A DNA stretch of 64,000 nt from an uncultured Lachnospiraceae bacterium (GTDB taxonomy: Bacteria; Bacillota; Clostridia; Lachnospirales; Lachnospiraceae): assembly GCA_902781455.1 (NCBI GenBank), contig CACZJF010000009.1:5115-69114 (forward strand), read 5' to 3'. Made by a program: the position numbers and the translations under genes. A model generated the notes under the pieces. The model was given only the letters and a program-made list of their open reading frames with translations. It searched no databases and was not told where the DNA came from. Shown here in pieces: positions 18,915-27,653 of the stretch (its first letter is position 1; each line of letters starts with the position of its first letter).

Positions 18915-20171
18915 TCACGAACGATAGTCTGCGTTGATCGTAACATATTCATGCGTCAGGTCACAGCCCCAGGCGGTTGCCTCCGCGTCACCTTCCTGAA
19001 TATCGATGATCGCTGTGATCTCGTCCTGTGAGAGGATCTCGGTCGCCAGCTCTTCACTGTATCCGGTCGACACGCTGTTCTCGGCAATCTTCACCGATCC
19101 TGCACTGCTCTCAAAGGTCAGGTTCACTTTATTCGGGTCAAACTCCGCGCCGGAGTATCCCATCGCGCAGATGATCCTGCCCCAGTTGGCATCATGTCCG
19201 GCGATCGCGGCTTTCACCAGGCTCGACTCGATCACGCTCTTGGCTAATGTGACTGCCTGCTTCTTTGTGGAAGCTCCGGTGACTTTCACTTCAAAGAGCG
19301 CATGCGCTCCCTCACCGTCCGCTGCCATTCGTCTTGCAAGATTCTTTGTCACCATCTCCAGCGCCGCGCGGAAGGTTTCATAATCCGCGTCTTCTTCCGC
19401 AATCTCGGGATTGTCCGCCAGTCCATTGCACAGAAGCAGGCAGGTGTCATTGGTCGACTGGTCCCCGTCTACAGAGATCATGTTGAAAGAATCCTTTACG
19501 CAGGACAGAAGTGCCTGCTGCGCCATCTCAGCACTGATCTTCGCGTCTGTCGTCAGGAAACAGAGCATGGTTCCCATATTTGGGTGAATCATGCCGGCGC
19601 CCTTGGTCATGCCGCCGATCGTGACGGTCTTCCCACCGAGTTCAAAAGAAACCGCAATCTCCTTGCGCTTCGTATCCGTGGTCATGATCGCCTCTGTGGC
19701 AGCCGATCCTGCTTCCCTGGTGTCTGAGAGCATCCCGGCCAGCGTCTTTGTCCCTTCACAGATGGTATCAATCGGAAGCTGCATGCCGATGACACCGGTG
19801 GACGCAAGCAGCACCTGCTTCATATTGAGCCCGAGCGCTTCGGCGGCTGCCATGGCTGTCTTCACACAGTACTCCGCTCCCTGCGTGCCGGTACATGCAT
19901 TTGCGACGCCACTGTTCATGACGCATGCCTGCGCTGTCCGGTATGTCTTGACGATGTTGTAGTCCCATACAACCGGCGCAGCCTTCACCAGATTCTGGGT
20001 AAAGGTTCCTGCCAGTGTACATGGCCTGATGGAATACAGCATGGCCATGTCTTTGCGGTCTTTCTTGATGCCGGCGCAGATGCCTGCTGCCTTGAAGCCC
20101 TGCGGCGAGGTGACACCTCCGTCGTACAGATTGATATTTGCCGAAGATTGCTGATTGATGGAATTTGGCAT
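18915..20171 (-). CDS. argJ: Bifunctional ornithine acetyltransferase/N-acetylglutamate synthase
   Basis: NSGVANACTG, STGVIG, IMTTDT, KGAGMIHPNMGTML, DGEGA, DANWGR, INADYRS. Confidence 0.96.
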   Translation of the reverse strand: MPNSINQQSSANINLYDGGVTSPQGFKAAGICAGIKKDRKDMAMLYSIRPCTLAGTFTQNLVKAAPVVWDYNIVKTYRTAQACVMNSGVANACTGTQGAEYCVKTAMAAAEALGLNMKQVLLASTGVIGMQLPIDTICEGTKTLAGMLSDTREAGSAATEAIMTTDTKRKEIAVSFELGGKTVTIGGMTKGAGMIHPNMGTMLCFLTTDAKISAEMAQQALLSCVKDSFNMISVDGDQSTNDTCLLLCNGLADNPEIAEEDADYETFRAALEMVTKNLARRMAADGEGAHALFEVKVTGASTKKQAVTLAKSVIESSLVKAAIAGHDANWGRIICAMGYSGAEFDPNKVNLTFESSAGSVKIAENSVSTGYSEELATEILSQDEITAIIDIQEGDAEATAWGCDLTHEYVTINADYRS

Positions 20172-20280
20172 GTTTTGATTGTCTCCTTTTGTCAAATGCC
20201 TGCTTTTGGCTGTCTTATGTCAGTTCGTTCTGATATCTCGCCTGGTTTCCGCGCCACAAATTGCTGTACTTTCTTCCTGG

Positions 20281-21339
20281 TTACGGGAACAGCGGCACCA
20301 TCTGAAGGCCCATGTTCTCCGGCAGCCCGAACACAATATTCATATTCTGGACCGCCTGTCCGGCTGCCCCCTTTACGAGATTATCCAGGGCGCCAACCGC
20401 GATGACACGGCCAGTCCGCTCGTCTACCGTGAATCCGATGTCGACGAAGTTGGACCCTTCTACCCATCTCGTCTCCGGGAAGCTGCCCTTTCCGAGCAGG
20501 CGGATAAAGTATTCTTCCTTATAATACTTCTCGTATGCACCCTGCACATCCGCAGCGGCCACACCCTCTCTGAGCGACGCGTAGCAGGTTGCAAGAATGC
20601 CGCGGTTCATGGGCACCAGATGAGGTGTAAAGTTGATCAGCAGGCTCTCTCCTGTCTGGTAATCCAGTCCTGCCGCGTAGCTGAGCTGCTCCTCAATCTC
20701 AGGCGTGTGACGATGCGTTGCGACACCATAAGGCTTGATACTCTCATTGACCTCACAGAAAAGATTCGGAAGCTTCGCGCCACGTCCGGCCCCTGATGTG
20801 CCCGACTTCGCATCGATGATGATGGTATTCCGGTCAATCAGTCCCTCCGCCACAAGCGGGTACAGGGTCAGAATAGAGGTTGTCGTATAGCAGCCCGGAT
20901 TTGCGACAATCCGCGCTCCGGCAATGTCCTTGCGGTTGATCTCACACAAGCCGTAGACAGCCTCCGGAAGATATCCAGGTGCCTCATGCGTGCGCTGATA
21001 CCACTTCTCATAGACATCAACCCTCTTCAGACGGAAGTCAGCACTCAGGTCAATCACCTTCGTCTGCTCCAGAATCCGGTCATTGACCAAAGAAGCACAC
21101 AGGCCCTGCGGTGTCGCCGTGAAGATCACGTCCGCTCTGTCAGCAAGCTCATCCATGTTCTCATTCATGCATGTCTCATCGACCAGCTCAAACATATTCC
21201 GATAGACATCGGCATATTTCTGGTCTGCGTAGGTTCTTGATCCGTACCAGACAATCTCAGCCTTCGGATGCTGAAGAAGCAGGCGTACGAGTTCAGCGCC
21301 GGCATATCCGGTCGATCCGATAATTCCAACTTTGATCAT
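20281..21339 (-). CDS. argC: N-acetyl-gamma-glutamyl-phosphate reductase
   Basis: GSTGYAG, IDLSADFRL, VANPGCYTT, DAKSGTSGAGR, DNLVKGAAGQAVQNMN. Confidence 0.97.
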   Translation of the reverse strand: MIKVGIIGSTGYAGAELVRLLLQHPKAEIVWYGSRTYADQKYADVYRNMFELVDETCMNENMDELADRADVIFTATPQGLCASLVNDRILEQTKVIDLSADFRLKRVDVYEKWYQRTHEAPGYLPEAVYGLCEINRKDIAGARIVANPGCYTTTSILTLYPLVAEGLIDRNTIIIDAKSGTSGAGRGAKLPNLFCEVNESIKPYGVATHRHTPEIEEQLSYAAGLDYQTGESLLINFTPHLVPMNRGILATCYASLREGVAAADVQGAYEKYYKEEYFIRLLGKGSFPETRWVEGSNFVDIGFTVDERTGRVIAVGALDNLVKGAAGQAVQNMNIVFGLPENMGLQMVPLFP

Positions 21340-21427
21340 ACTTGTATTTCTCCGTTTTTCTGTTTTCTACATGCCGTCCATCTTACTCTATTCTTTCCTT
21401 TATGTAAAGATGTTTCTTGCGATTTTC

Positions 21428-21514
21428 TGTATTTTTATGCATTTAATATGTATATTATGCATCTATGTACGATTTAGATCAATAATCGCGAATTTCTGCT
21501 TGCATATTTATGCT
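21428..21514. promoter_or_regulatory. Putative ARG boxes (ArgR sites) in the argC/argG divergent region
   Basis: TGTATTTTTATGCA (21428-21441) and TGCATATTTATGCT (21501-21514) resemble the TGCAT-N4-ATGCA ARG box; AT-rich context; argR is in the window. Confidence 0.65.
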
Positions 21515-21613
21515 CACAGCGGTATGATAACGTCTGTGCGGCGCCGGAACAGGCGCCGCCGGAAAATGTTGTTTGAATCAAAAACATGAATTGATCTGAA
21601 AGGGGAACTGATA

Positions 21614-22897
21614 ATGGCCAAGGAGAAAGTAATTCTCGCCTATTCCGGAGGACTGGATACCACTGCCATGATTCCGTGGCTGAAGGAAAACTTTAACTAT
21701 GATGTCGTATGCTGCTGCGTTGACTGCGGACAGGAAGAAGAGCTGGACGGTCTTGAAGAGAGAGCGCTTGCTTCCGGCGCTTCCAAGCTGTACATCGAAG
21801 ACATTGTTGACGAATTCTGCGAAGACTTCATCATGCCTTGTGTCGAGGCAGGTGCTGTGTATGAGCATGCTTATCTGCTCGGCACTTCCATGGCCCGCCC
21901 GGCAATCGCCAAGAAGCTTGTTGAAATCGCCCGCAAGGAAGACGCAGTTGCGGTCTGCCACGGCGCGACTGGCAAGGGCAATGACCAGATTCGTTTTGAG
22001 CTCGGTATCAAGGCACTTGCTCCCGACCTCAAGGTCATTGCCCCCTGGAGAATGACCGATGTGTGGACGATGCAGAGCCGTGAAGATGAGATCGAATACT
22101 GCAAGAGCCACGGAATCAATCTTCCCTTCTCGATGGGCAAGGGCTATTCCCGCGACCGTAACCTGTGGCACATCAGCCATGAAGGGCTGGAGTTGGAAGA
22201 CCCTGCACTTGCCCCGAATTATGACTCTTTACTGGTGCTTTCCGTCACGCCCCAGCAGGCACCGGACGAAATGACCGAAGTCACCATGACATTTGAAAAA
22301 GGCGTACCGAAGACAATCAATGGCAAGGCTATGAAAGTAGCGGACATTATCCGCGTACTCAATGAACTTGGTGGAAAGAACGGTATCGGCATCATCGACA
22401 TCGTGGAGAACCGCGTGGTCGGCATGAAGAGCCGCGGTGTATACGAGACACCCGGTGGAACGATTCTGATGGCCGCTCATGACCAGCTTGAAGAACTGTG
22501 CCTCGACCGTGAAACCATGGAGACCAAGAAGAGGCTGGCCAGCCAGCTCGCGCAGACTGTATATGAAGGAAAATGGTTTACGCCGCTGCGAGAGGCGATT
22601 CAGGCATTCGTCGAATCAACCCAGCAGTTTGTGACCGGTGAAGTGAAGTTCAAACTCTACAAGGGCAACATCATCAAGAACGGAACGACCAGTCCCTACT
22701 CTCTCTACAATGAATCGCTTGCTTCCTTCACCACCGGTGATCTGTATGATCATCATGACGCGGAAGGCTTCATCACCCTCTTCGGCCTGCCGCTGAAGGT
22801 CCGCGCCATGAAGCTGCAGGAAACCGCGAAGACGAACTTCACGGACAAAATCAGCGGAATGGTGCATGAGATGCAGGGACACGGGAAAGTATATTAA
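21614..22897 (+). CDS. argG: Argininosuccinate synthase
   Basis: LAYSGGLDT, HGATGKGNDQIRFE, ENRVVGMKSRGVYETPG. Confidence 0.98.
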   Translation: MAKEKVILAYSGGLDTTAMIPWLKENFNYDVVCCCVDCGQEEELDGLEERALASGASKLYIEDIVDEFCEDFIMPCVEAGAVYEHAYLLGTSMARPAIAKKLVEIARKEDAVAVCHGATGKGNDQIRFELGIKALAPDLKVIAPWRMTDVWTMQSREDEIEYCKSHGINLPFSMGKGYSRDRNLWHISHEGLELEDPALAPNYDSLLVLSVTPQQAPDEMTEVTMTFEKGVPKTINGKAMKVADIIRVLNELGGKNGIGIIDIVENRVVGMKSRGVYETPGGTILMAAHDQLEELCLDRETMETKKRLASQLAQTVYEGKWFTPLREAIQAFVESTQQFVTGEVKFKLYKGNIIKNGTTSPYSLYNESLASFTTGDLYDHHDAEGFITLFGLPLKVRAMKLQETAKTNFTDKISGMVHEMQGHGKVY

Positions 22898-22913
22898 GAA
22901 TATCCCTGAAAGA

Positions 22914-22951
22914 GAATCCCCACAGATGAGCGAATCATCTGTGGGGATTCT
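22914..22951. terminator. Terminator-like hairpin after argG
   Basis: AGAATCCCCACAGATGA-gcgaa-TCATCTGTGGGGATTCT long perfect stem between convergent genes. Confidence 0.7.
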
Positions 22952-23063
22952 GTCTGTACTGTCAATTAATGCAGGTTCAAATTGGATCAATCGGGAATTA
23001 CAAGATGATTAACAATCGTTGGTTTCTTTCAATTTCTTCATATCTCTTTGATTACAGGTAATC

Positions 23064-23549
23064 TCATATGTCAGCGAAGGCAATTCCACGTGACTGAAAA
23101 AATCTGCGTATCATATCGTCCCACACGCGGTCCAGAGACTTGTCCAGGGTAAAGATCTTCAACGATGTCCCGGTCGTGGCGCTGACCGTCTCCTTCGCAT
23201 AGGTCAGATTGAGAAACAGGCCGTCCACCTGTTCTTTCGTGATGGACAGATCTGATCCTTTCAGAAGACTCTCGACGTTGTAGTCCGCAAGCTTCAGAAC
23301 GATCCGCAGATGGATCGGTGTATGGCTGCCTTTGATGATACTGTAGAATATCGGACGCAGGAGATTCCAGGTAAGCGCCTTGTCTTCCATCTCCCGGCTC
23401 TGGAAGAATTCCGGATGCCAGGTTCCGTCTATCGTAAATGTGGTAAACGTCGTTACAGTCCCTTCGGAAAACAGAAATGTATCGAAGGTGTCCTGTGTCA
23501 GAAGCTTCGCCATGAAGCTTTTTGTATCAGTGATTGCCAGTGCCAGCAT
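23064..23549 (-). CDS. Conserved Lachnospiraceae protein (DUF5721-like)
   Basis: MLALAITDTKSFMAKLL..TFD.FL..E..VTTF..F.IDG; KGSHTP; GTSLKIFTLDKSLD..WD pattern recalled for this family. Confidence 0.65.
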   Translation of the reverse strand: MLALAITDTKSFMAKLLTQDTFDTFLFSEGTVTTFTTFTIDGTWHPEFFQSREMEDKALTWNLLRPIFYSIIKGSHTPIHLRIVLKLADYNVESLLKGSDLSITKEQVDGLFLNLTYAKETVSATTGTSLKIFTLDKSLDRVWDDMIRRFFQSRGIAFADI

Positions 23550-23788
23550 ATCGGTTTCCTCGTAACGATGTAAGAAATCATCTGATTCATCGCGGCTGTT
23601 TCTATCTGTTTCTATTTACAATATTTGGTAGATTCGTGATTGTCAACAATCAATTGATTGATGGATTCTGCTTATTCTTTTTGATTGTGCAAATTCAGTG
23701 AATCCGTGAATCAGTACTTTTCAACCGGATTCTTCTGTGCTATACTGTTAATGTAGTATTCAAAACTACATGATGTGAGGTGAGAAAT

Positions 23789-24628
23789 ATGAGTTATCTG
23801 GTTGTAATCGACAGCTGCGGAGAGCTGACGCCGGACATGAAGGCTTCTGGTCATTTTATGTCTGCTCCGCTGACGATGGATGTAGATCAGTATCACTTTG
23901 TGGATGATGAGACCTTTGATCAGCAGGAATTCCTGAAGCGTGTCAGGGAGAGCCCCAACTGTCCCAGGAGTGCATGTCCTTCTCCCCAGTACTACAAAGA
24001 GTGTTTTGACAAGGACTATGATCATCTGTACGCGGTAACGCTGTCAGGCGCTCTGTCCGGCTCATACAACAGCGCCGAGGTCGGCAGGACGATGGCGCTG
24101 GAAGAGCACCCTGACAAGAAGATTCATGTCTTTAATTCCAAGTCTGCTTCCATTGGTGAAACATTGATCGGACGAAAGATCGCTGAGTATGAAGAGGCTG
24201 GTTTTTCCTTTGAAGAGATCATCGAGAAGGTCGATGCTTATATCGCAAGCCAGGTGACATGGTTTGTGCTGGAGTCTCTGGAGACACTGCGCAAGAACGG
24301 CCGTCTGTCCAACTTTAAAGCTTTTGTCGCCACTGCCCTCAAGATCAAGCCGATCTGCACCTCTACACCGGAGGGCGAGATCCAGCAGGTAGCACAGGCG
24401 CGTGGAATCAACAAAGCACTGGTCAAGATGGTCGAGATGGCTGCGGATTCTGTGAGCAATATGCAGGACAATGAGATTGCCGTCTCTCATGTCAACAATC
24501 CGGAACGCGGCCAGATGGTGCTAGACGCGATCCGTGAGCGTACCAACGCAAAGTATTATTTCATGGAAAATGGGCGCGGCTGTACTTCGATGTATTCGAA
24601 CGACGGCGGGATAATCATGGTTTTGTAA
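23789..24628 (+). CDS. DegV family fatty-acid-binding protein
   Basis: VIDSCGE, SACPSP, TLSGALSGSYNSA, NSKSASIGE, LETLRKNGRLS, IKPI. Confidence 0.92.
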   Translation: MSYLVVIDSCGELTPDMKASGHFMSAPLTMDVDQYHFVDDETFDQQEFLKRVRESPNCPRSACPSPQYYKECFDKDYDHLYAVTLSGALSGSYNSAEVGRTMALEEHPDKKIHVFNSKSASIGETLIGRKIAEYEEAGFSFEEIIEKVDAYIASQVTWFVLESLETLRKNGRLSNFKAFVATALKIKPICTSTPEGEIQQVAQARGINKALVKMVEMAADSVSNMQDNEIAVSHVNNPERGQMVLDAIRERTNAKYYFMENGRGCTSMYSNDGGIIMVL

Positions 24629-24681
24629 GAAGCGTTTTGTAACAAGCGTTTCGTATGATCGAATTATAATTGGATTTTCAC

Positions 24682-24740
24682 CGGGCAGGAGGCCATCTCC
24701 TGCCCGTAAAAAACCCCCTGATCCTTGCGGGTCAGGGGAT
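24682..24740. terminator. Two adjacent hairpins between convergent genes
   Basis: CGGGCAGGAG-gccat-CTCCTGCCCG and CCCCTGATCC-ttgc-GGGTCAGGGG separated by an A-run. Confidence 0.65.
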
Positions 24741-24771
24741 TATAGCCGTCTATGATACCGGATCCGGGACG

Positions 24772-25029
24772 TTATACGTCTTCCAGCGATGCGATGTAAT
24801 CATCAAGTGCGGAAGTATCAACGGTGTAAGAAACAGACTGAACAGATGATGTATCGGATGTAGGAGCCTTCACTGCCTGATACAGCGCAACTGCGATCCA
24901 GATCACAACTGCTGCGATAATCGCATACAGAACGGCCTGGGTCAGCATCCAGCTCCGCCTCTCCTGTGCCATGATCTTCTTGACATTACGCTTCTGTTCT
25001 TTGTTTCTGTCAACCTTTGCCTGACTCAT
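24772..25029 (-). CDS. Small single-TM membrane protein
   Basis: MSQAKVDRNKEQKRNVKK basic N-terminus, one TM, acidic tail VDTSALDDYI; SD upstream of ATG 25029. Confidence 0.7.
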   Translation of the reverse strand: MSQAKVDRNKEQKRNVKKIMAQERRSWMLTQAVLYAIIAAVVIWIAVALYQAVKAPTSDTSSVQSVSYTVDTSALDDYIASLEDV

Positions 25030-25227
25030 CTTTTTCCTGCTCCATTTCCCTGGTAGAATACCCGTTTTTTCATCTGCCGGAAAAACCACGCCAAGACTGC
25101 CTGAATCTTCCCGACAATTCAGTATCTTACCACAAGAATCGCGTGGATGCAATCATGATCACTTCGCCTGCGGCATGATAATTCCTTCGACATCGAGGTC
25201 ATAATCACATCGCCTGCAGCTCCATCC

Positions 25228-27423
25228 TTACTTCGCCAGCAGCATCATGATCTCATTGCTTCGATTGATGAACTCCGTCATCGCCTCCGGCTTCAGCGGC
25301 GCGTTGGCCAGGGCTGCCAGATCGTACAGCTGTTTCGCGAACATCTCCGCGTGCTCTCCGTCTTTGTTCTCAAGCAGATAGCGTACGAGCGCATGATTCT
25401 CGTTGAGGGTCAGGGTCTGGGCCGGCGCGAACATATCCATATCCATACCGGAGCCGGACATGCTGTACATACGCATCATATCCTGCATGCGGCGGCCTTC
25501 TTCCTGGATGGTAAGCATGGAGGAGATCTTCTCATCCTTCAGGCTCTGCACCTGAACGGTAAGCTTGTCATTGCCGATTGCTTTCTTGAAGAGCTCCGCA
25601 AGCGTCTCTGTGTCCGCCTTCAGCTTCTCTTCGTCCGCTTCTTCTGACTTCATGGAGCCGGTCACGTCAGCATCGATCCGCTCAAACTTCAGATCCTCTC
25701 TCTTCTGCTCCAGATGCTGCAGATACGGAGAATCGATGTTATGATGCATGATCACAGCATCCATGCCATTTTCTTTGAACATACGGATGTACTGGCCCTG
25801 CTGCTGCTCGTCTGTCACATAGAAGACGGTGGTTTTCTCAGGCTCCTTCGGCTCCTTGTCAGAGTCTTCGGACTTCTCAGATTCTCCGGCAGAGGCGTCA
25901 TCTGATGCTTTCTCATCAGCAGCTCCTGCTGCCTCTTCCGGCTCTTCTGTCAGATCGATTTCTTCTGCTTTCGCCTCGCCGCTCTCAGCCTTGGTTTCAT
26001 CGGAAGCCGCCTCAGCATCTTCCTTCGCAGGCTCGTTGCCGGAAAGCTTTTCCAGATACTCTTTCAGGGTGAAATACTTCCCGTCGAGATTCTTGAACAG
26101 CATGTAGTCCTGCAGACGATCCGAGAATTTCTCGTCGCGAAGGCATCCATACTTCAGGAACGGGCTGATGTCGTCCCAGTACTTCTCATAATTTTCACGG
26201 TCGGTCTTGCACATTCCGGTCAGCTTGTCAGCGACTTTCTTGGAGATGTACTCACGCAGCTTCTTCACAAAGCCATCGTTCTGCAGTGCAGACCTGGAGA
26301 CATTCAGTGGGAATTCCGGGCAGTCGATCACGCCCTTCAGCAGCATCATGTACTCCGGCACCACTTCCTTGATGTTGTCGGCGATGAAGACCTGATTGTT
26401 GTAAAGCTTGATCGTTCCTTCGATCGAGTCATACTCGGTATTGATTTTCGGGAAATACAGGATCCCCTTCATGTTGAACGGATAATCCGCGTTCAGGTGG
26501 ATCCAGAACAGCGGCTCGCGATAGTCGTTGAAAACCTTGCGGTAGAAAGCCTTGTACTCGTCCTCGGTGCAGTCATTCGGATGCTTTGCCCACAGCGGGT
26601 GAATATCGGAAATGCTCACCGGCCTTTTGTTGATCTTTACGCGGTCGCGCGCAGGAGAGATCTCAACCGTCTTCTTGCCGCCGTTTCCGTCGTCCTGCTC
26701 TTCCGTCTTCGCGTCCTCATGGATCCGCTCGACCACAACATCGGTGTCCTTGAGATCACTCTCATCAATCGTCTCGAATTCCTGCGGCGCATTGGCCTTC
26801 TCCAGGAAGATTTCAACCGGCATGAAGCTGCAGTAACGCTGCAGCACCTCGCGCATGCGGTATTCATTCGCGAACTCAAGGCAGTCTTCGTTCAGATGCA
26901 GGGTAATGGTTGTCCCGGGCTCCTGCCTGCTGCCATCACGCATCGTATAGGTCGAGGATCCGTCACACTCCCAGTGCACCGGCGCGGCGCCCTCGCGATA
27001 GCTGAGGGTATCGATCTCGACATTCTCGGAAACCATGAACACAGAATAGAAGCCAAGACCAAAGTGGCCGATGATGTCGTCCTTGTTTGCCTTGTCCTTA
27101 TACTTCTCGAAGAATGCTGTCGCACCGGAAAATGCAATCTGTGTGATGTATTCTTCGACTTCTTCTGCTGTCATGCCAAGACCTGTGTCAGAGAAGCTGA
27201 CCGTCTTCGCCTCCGGGTCCACGACGACATGGATGGCGTCCTTGTGGTCATCCGGATACTGGTACTCTCCCATGATCTCAAGCTTATGGAGCTTTGAGAT
27301 CGCATCACAGGCGTTCGAGATCACTTCACGGACAAAGATGTCGTGATCCGAGTACAGCCACTTCTTGATGATCGGCAGCATGTTTTCGCTGTTGATCGAA
27401 AGATATCCCTGTTTCTCTGTCAT
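25228..27423 (-). CDS. htpG: Molecular chaperone HtpG (Hsp90)
   Basis: IIKKWLYSDHDIFVREVISNACDA, DTGLGM, IIGHFGLGFYS, PLNVSRSALQ. Confidence 0.97.
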   Translation of the reverse strand: MTEKQGYLSINSENMLPIIKKWLYSDHDIFVREVISNACDAISKLHKLEIMGEYQYPDDHKDAIHVVVDPEAKTVSFSDTGLGMTAEEVEEYITQIAFSGATAFFEKYKDKANKDDIIGHFGLGFYSVFMVSENVEIDTLSYREGAAPVHWECDGSSTYTMRDGSRQEPGTTITLHLNEDCLEFANEYRMREVLQRYCSFMPVEIFLEKANAPQEFETIDESDLKDTDVVVERIHEDAKTEEQDDGNGGKKTVEISPARDRVKINKRPVSISDIHPLWAKHPNDCTEDEYKAFYRKVFNDYREPLFWIHLNADYPFNMKGILYFPKINTEYDSIEGTIKLYNNQVFIADNIKEVVPEYMMLLKGVIDCPEFPLNVSRSALQNDGFVKKLREYISKKVADKLTGMCKTDRENYEKYWDDISPFLKYGCLRDEKFSDRLQDYMLFKNLDGKYFTLKEYLEKLSGNEPAKEDAEAASDETKAESGEAKAEEIDLTEEPEEAAGAADEKASDDASAGESEKSEDSDKEPKEPEKTTVFYVTDEQQQGQYIRMFKENGMDAVIMHHNIDSPYLQHLEQKREDLKFERIDADVTGSMKSEEADEEKLKADTETLAELFKKAIGNDKLTVQVQSLKDEKISSMLTIQEEGRRMQDMMRMYSMSGSGMDMDMFAPAQTLTLNENHALVRYLLENKDGEHAEMFAKQLYDLAALANAPLKPEAMTEFINRSNEIMMLLAK

Positions 27424-27504
27424 GTATATCACTCCTTCTTGATCGTTGTTTTATGAAATCAACTCTTTTTCCGGGAAACCCCCGGAACGAATCATCTGGA
27501 ACTA

Positions 27505-27533
27505 ATCATATGACCAACGTTCTGAAATGTCAA
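27505..27533 (-). promoter_or_regulatory. Sigma-A promoter of htpG
   Basis: TTGACA(27533-27528)-17 bp-TATGAT(27510-27505). Confidence 0.75.
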
Positions 27534-27559
27534 TAGCACTCGGCAAAAGCGAGTGCTAA
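27533..27559. promoter_or_regulatory. CIRCE element (HrcA operator)
   Basis: ATAGCACTC-N9-GAGTGCTAA, one mismatch from TTAGCACTC-N9-GAGTGCTAA, abutting the htpG -35. Confidence 0.88.
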
Positions 27560-27653
27560 TAGGCGGTGAATCTTTTGTGTTTTTTCCTGCTGCGTTTCTT
27601 ATTGCAGGCAAGCTTGCGTGGAGGTCAGGCTTTTGGCGCTGTAATCACATATT

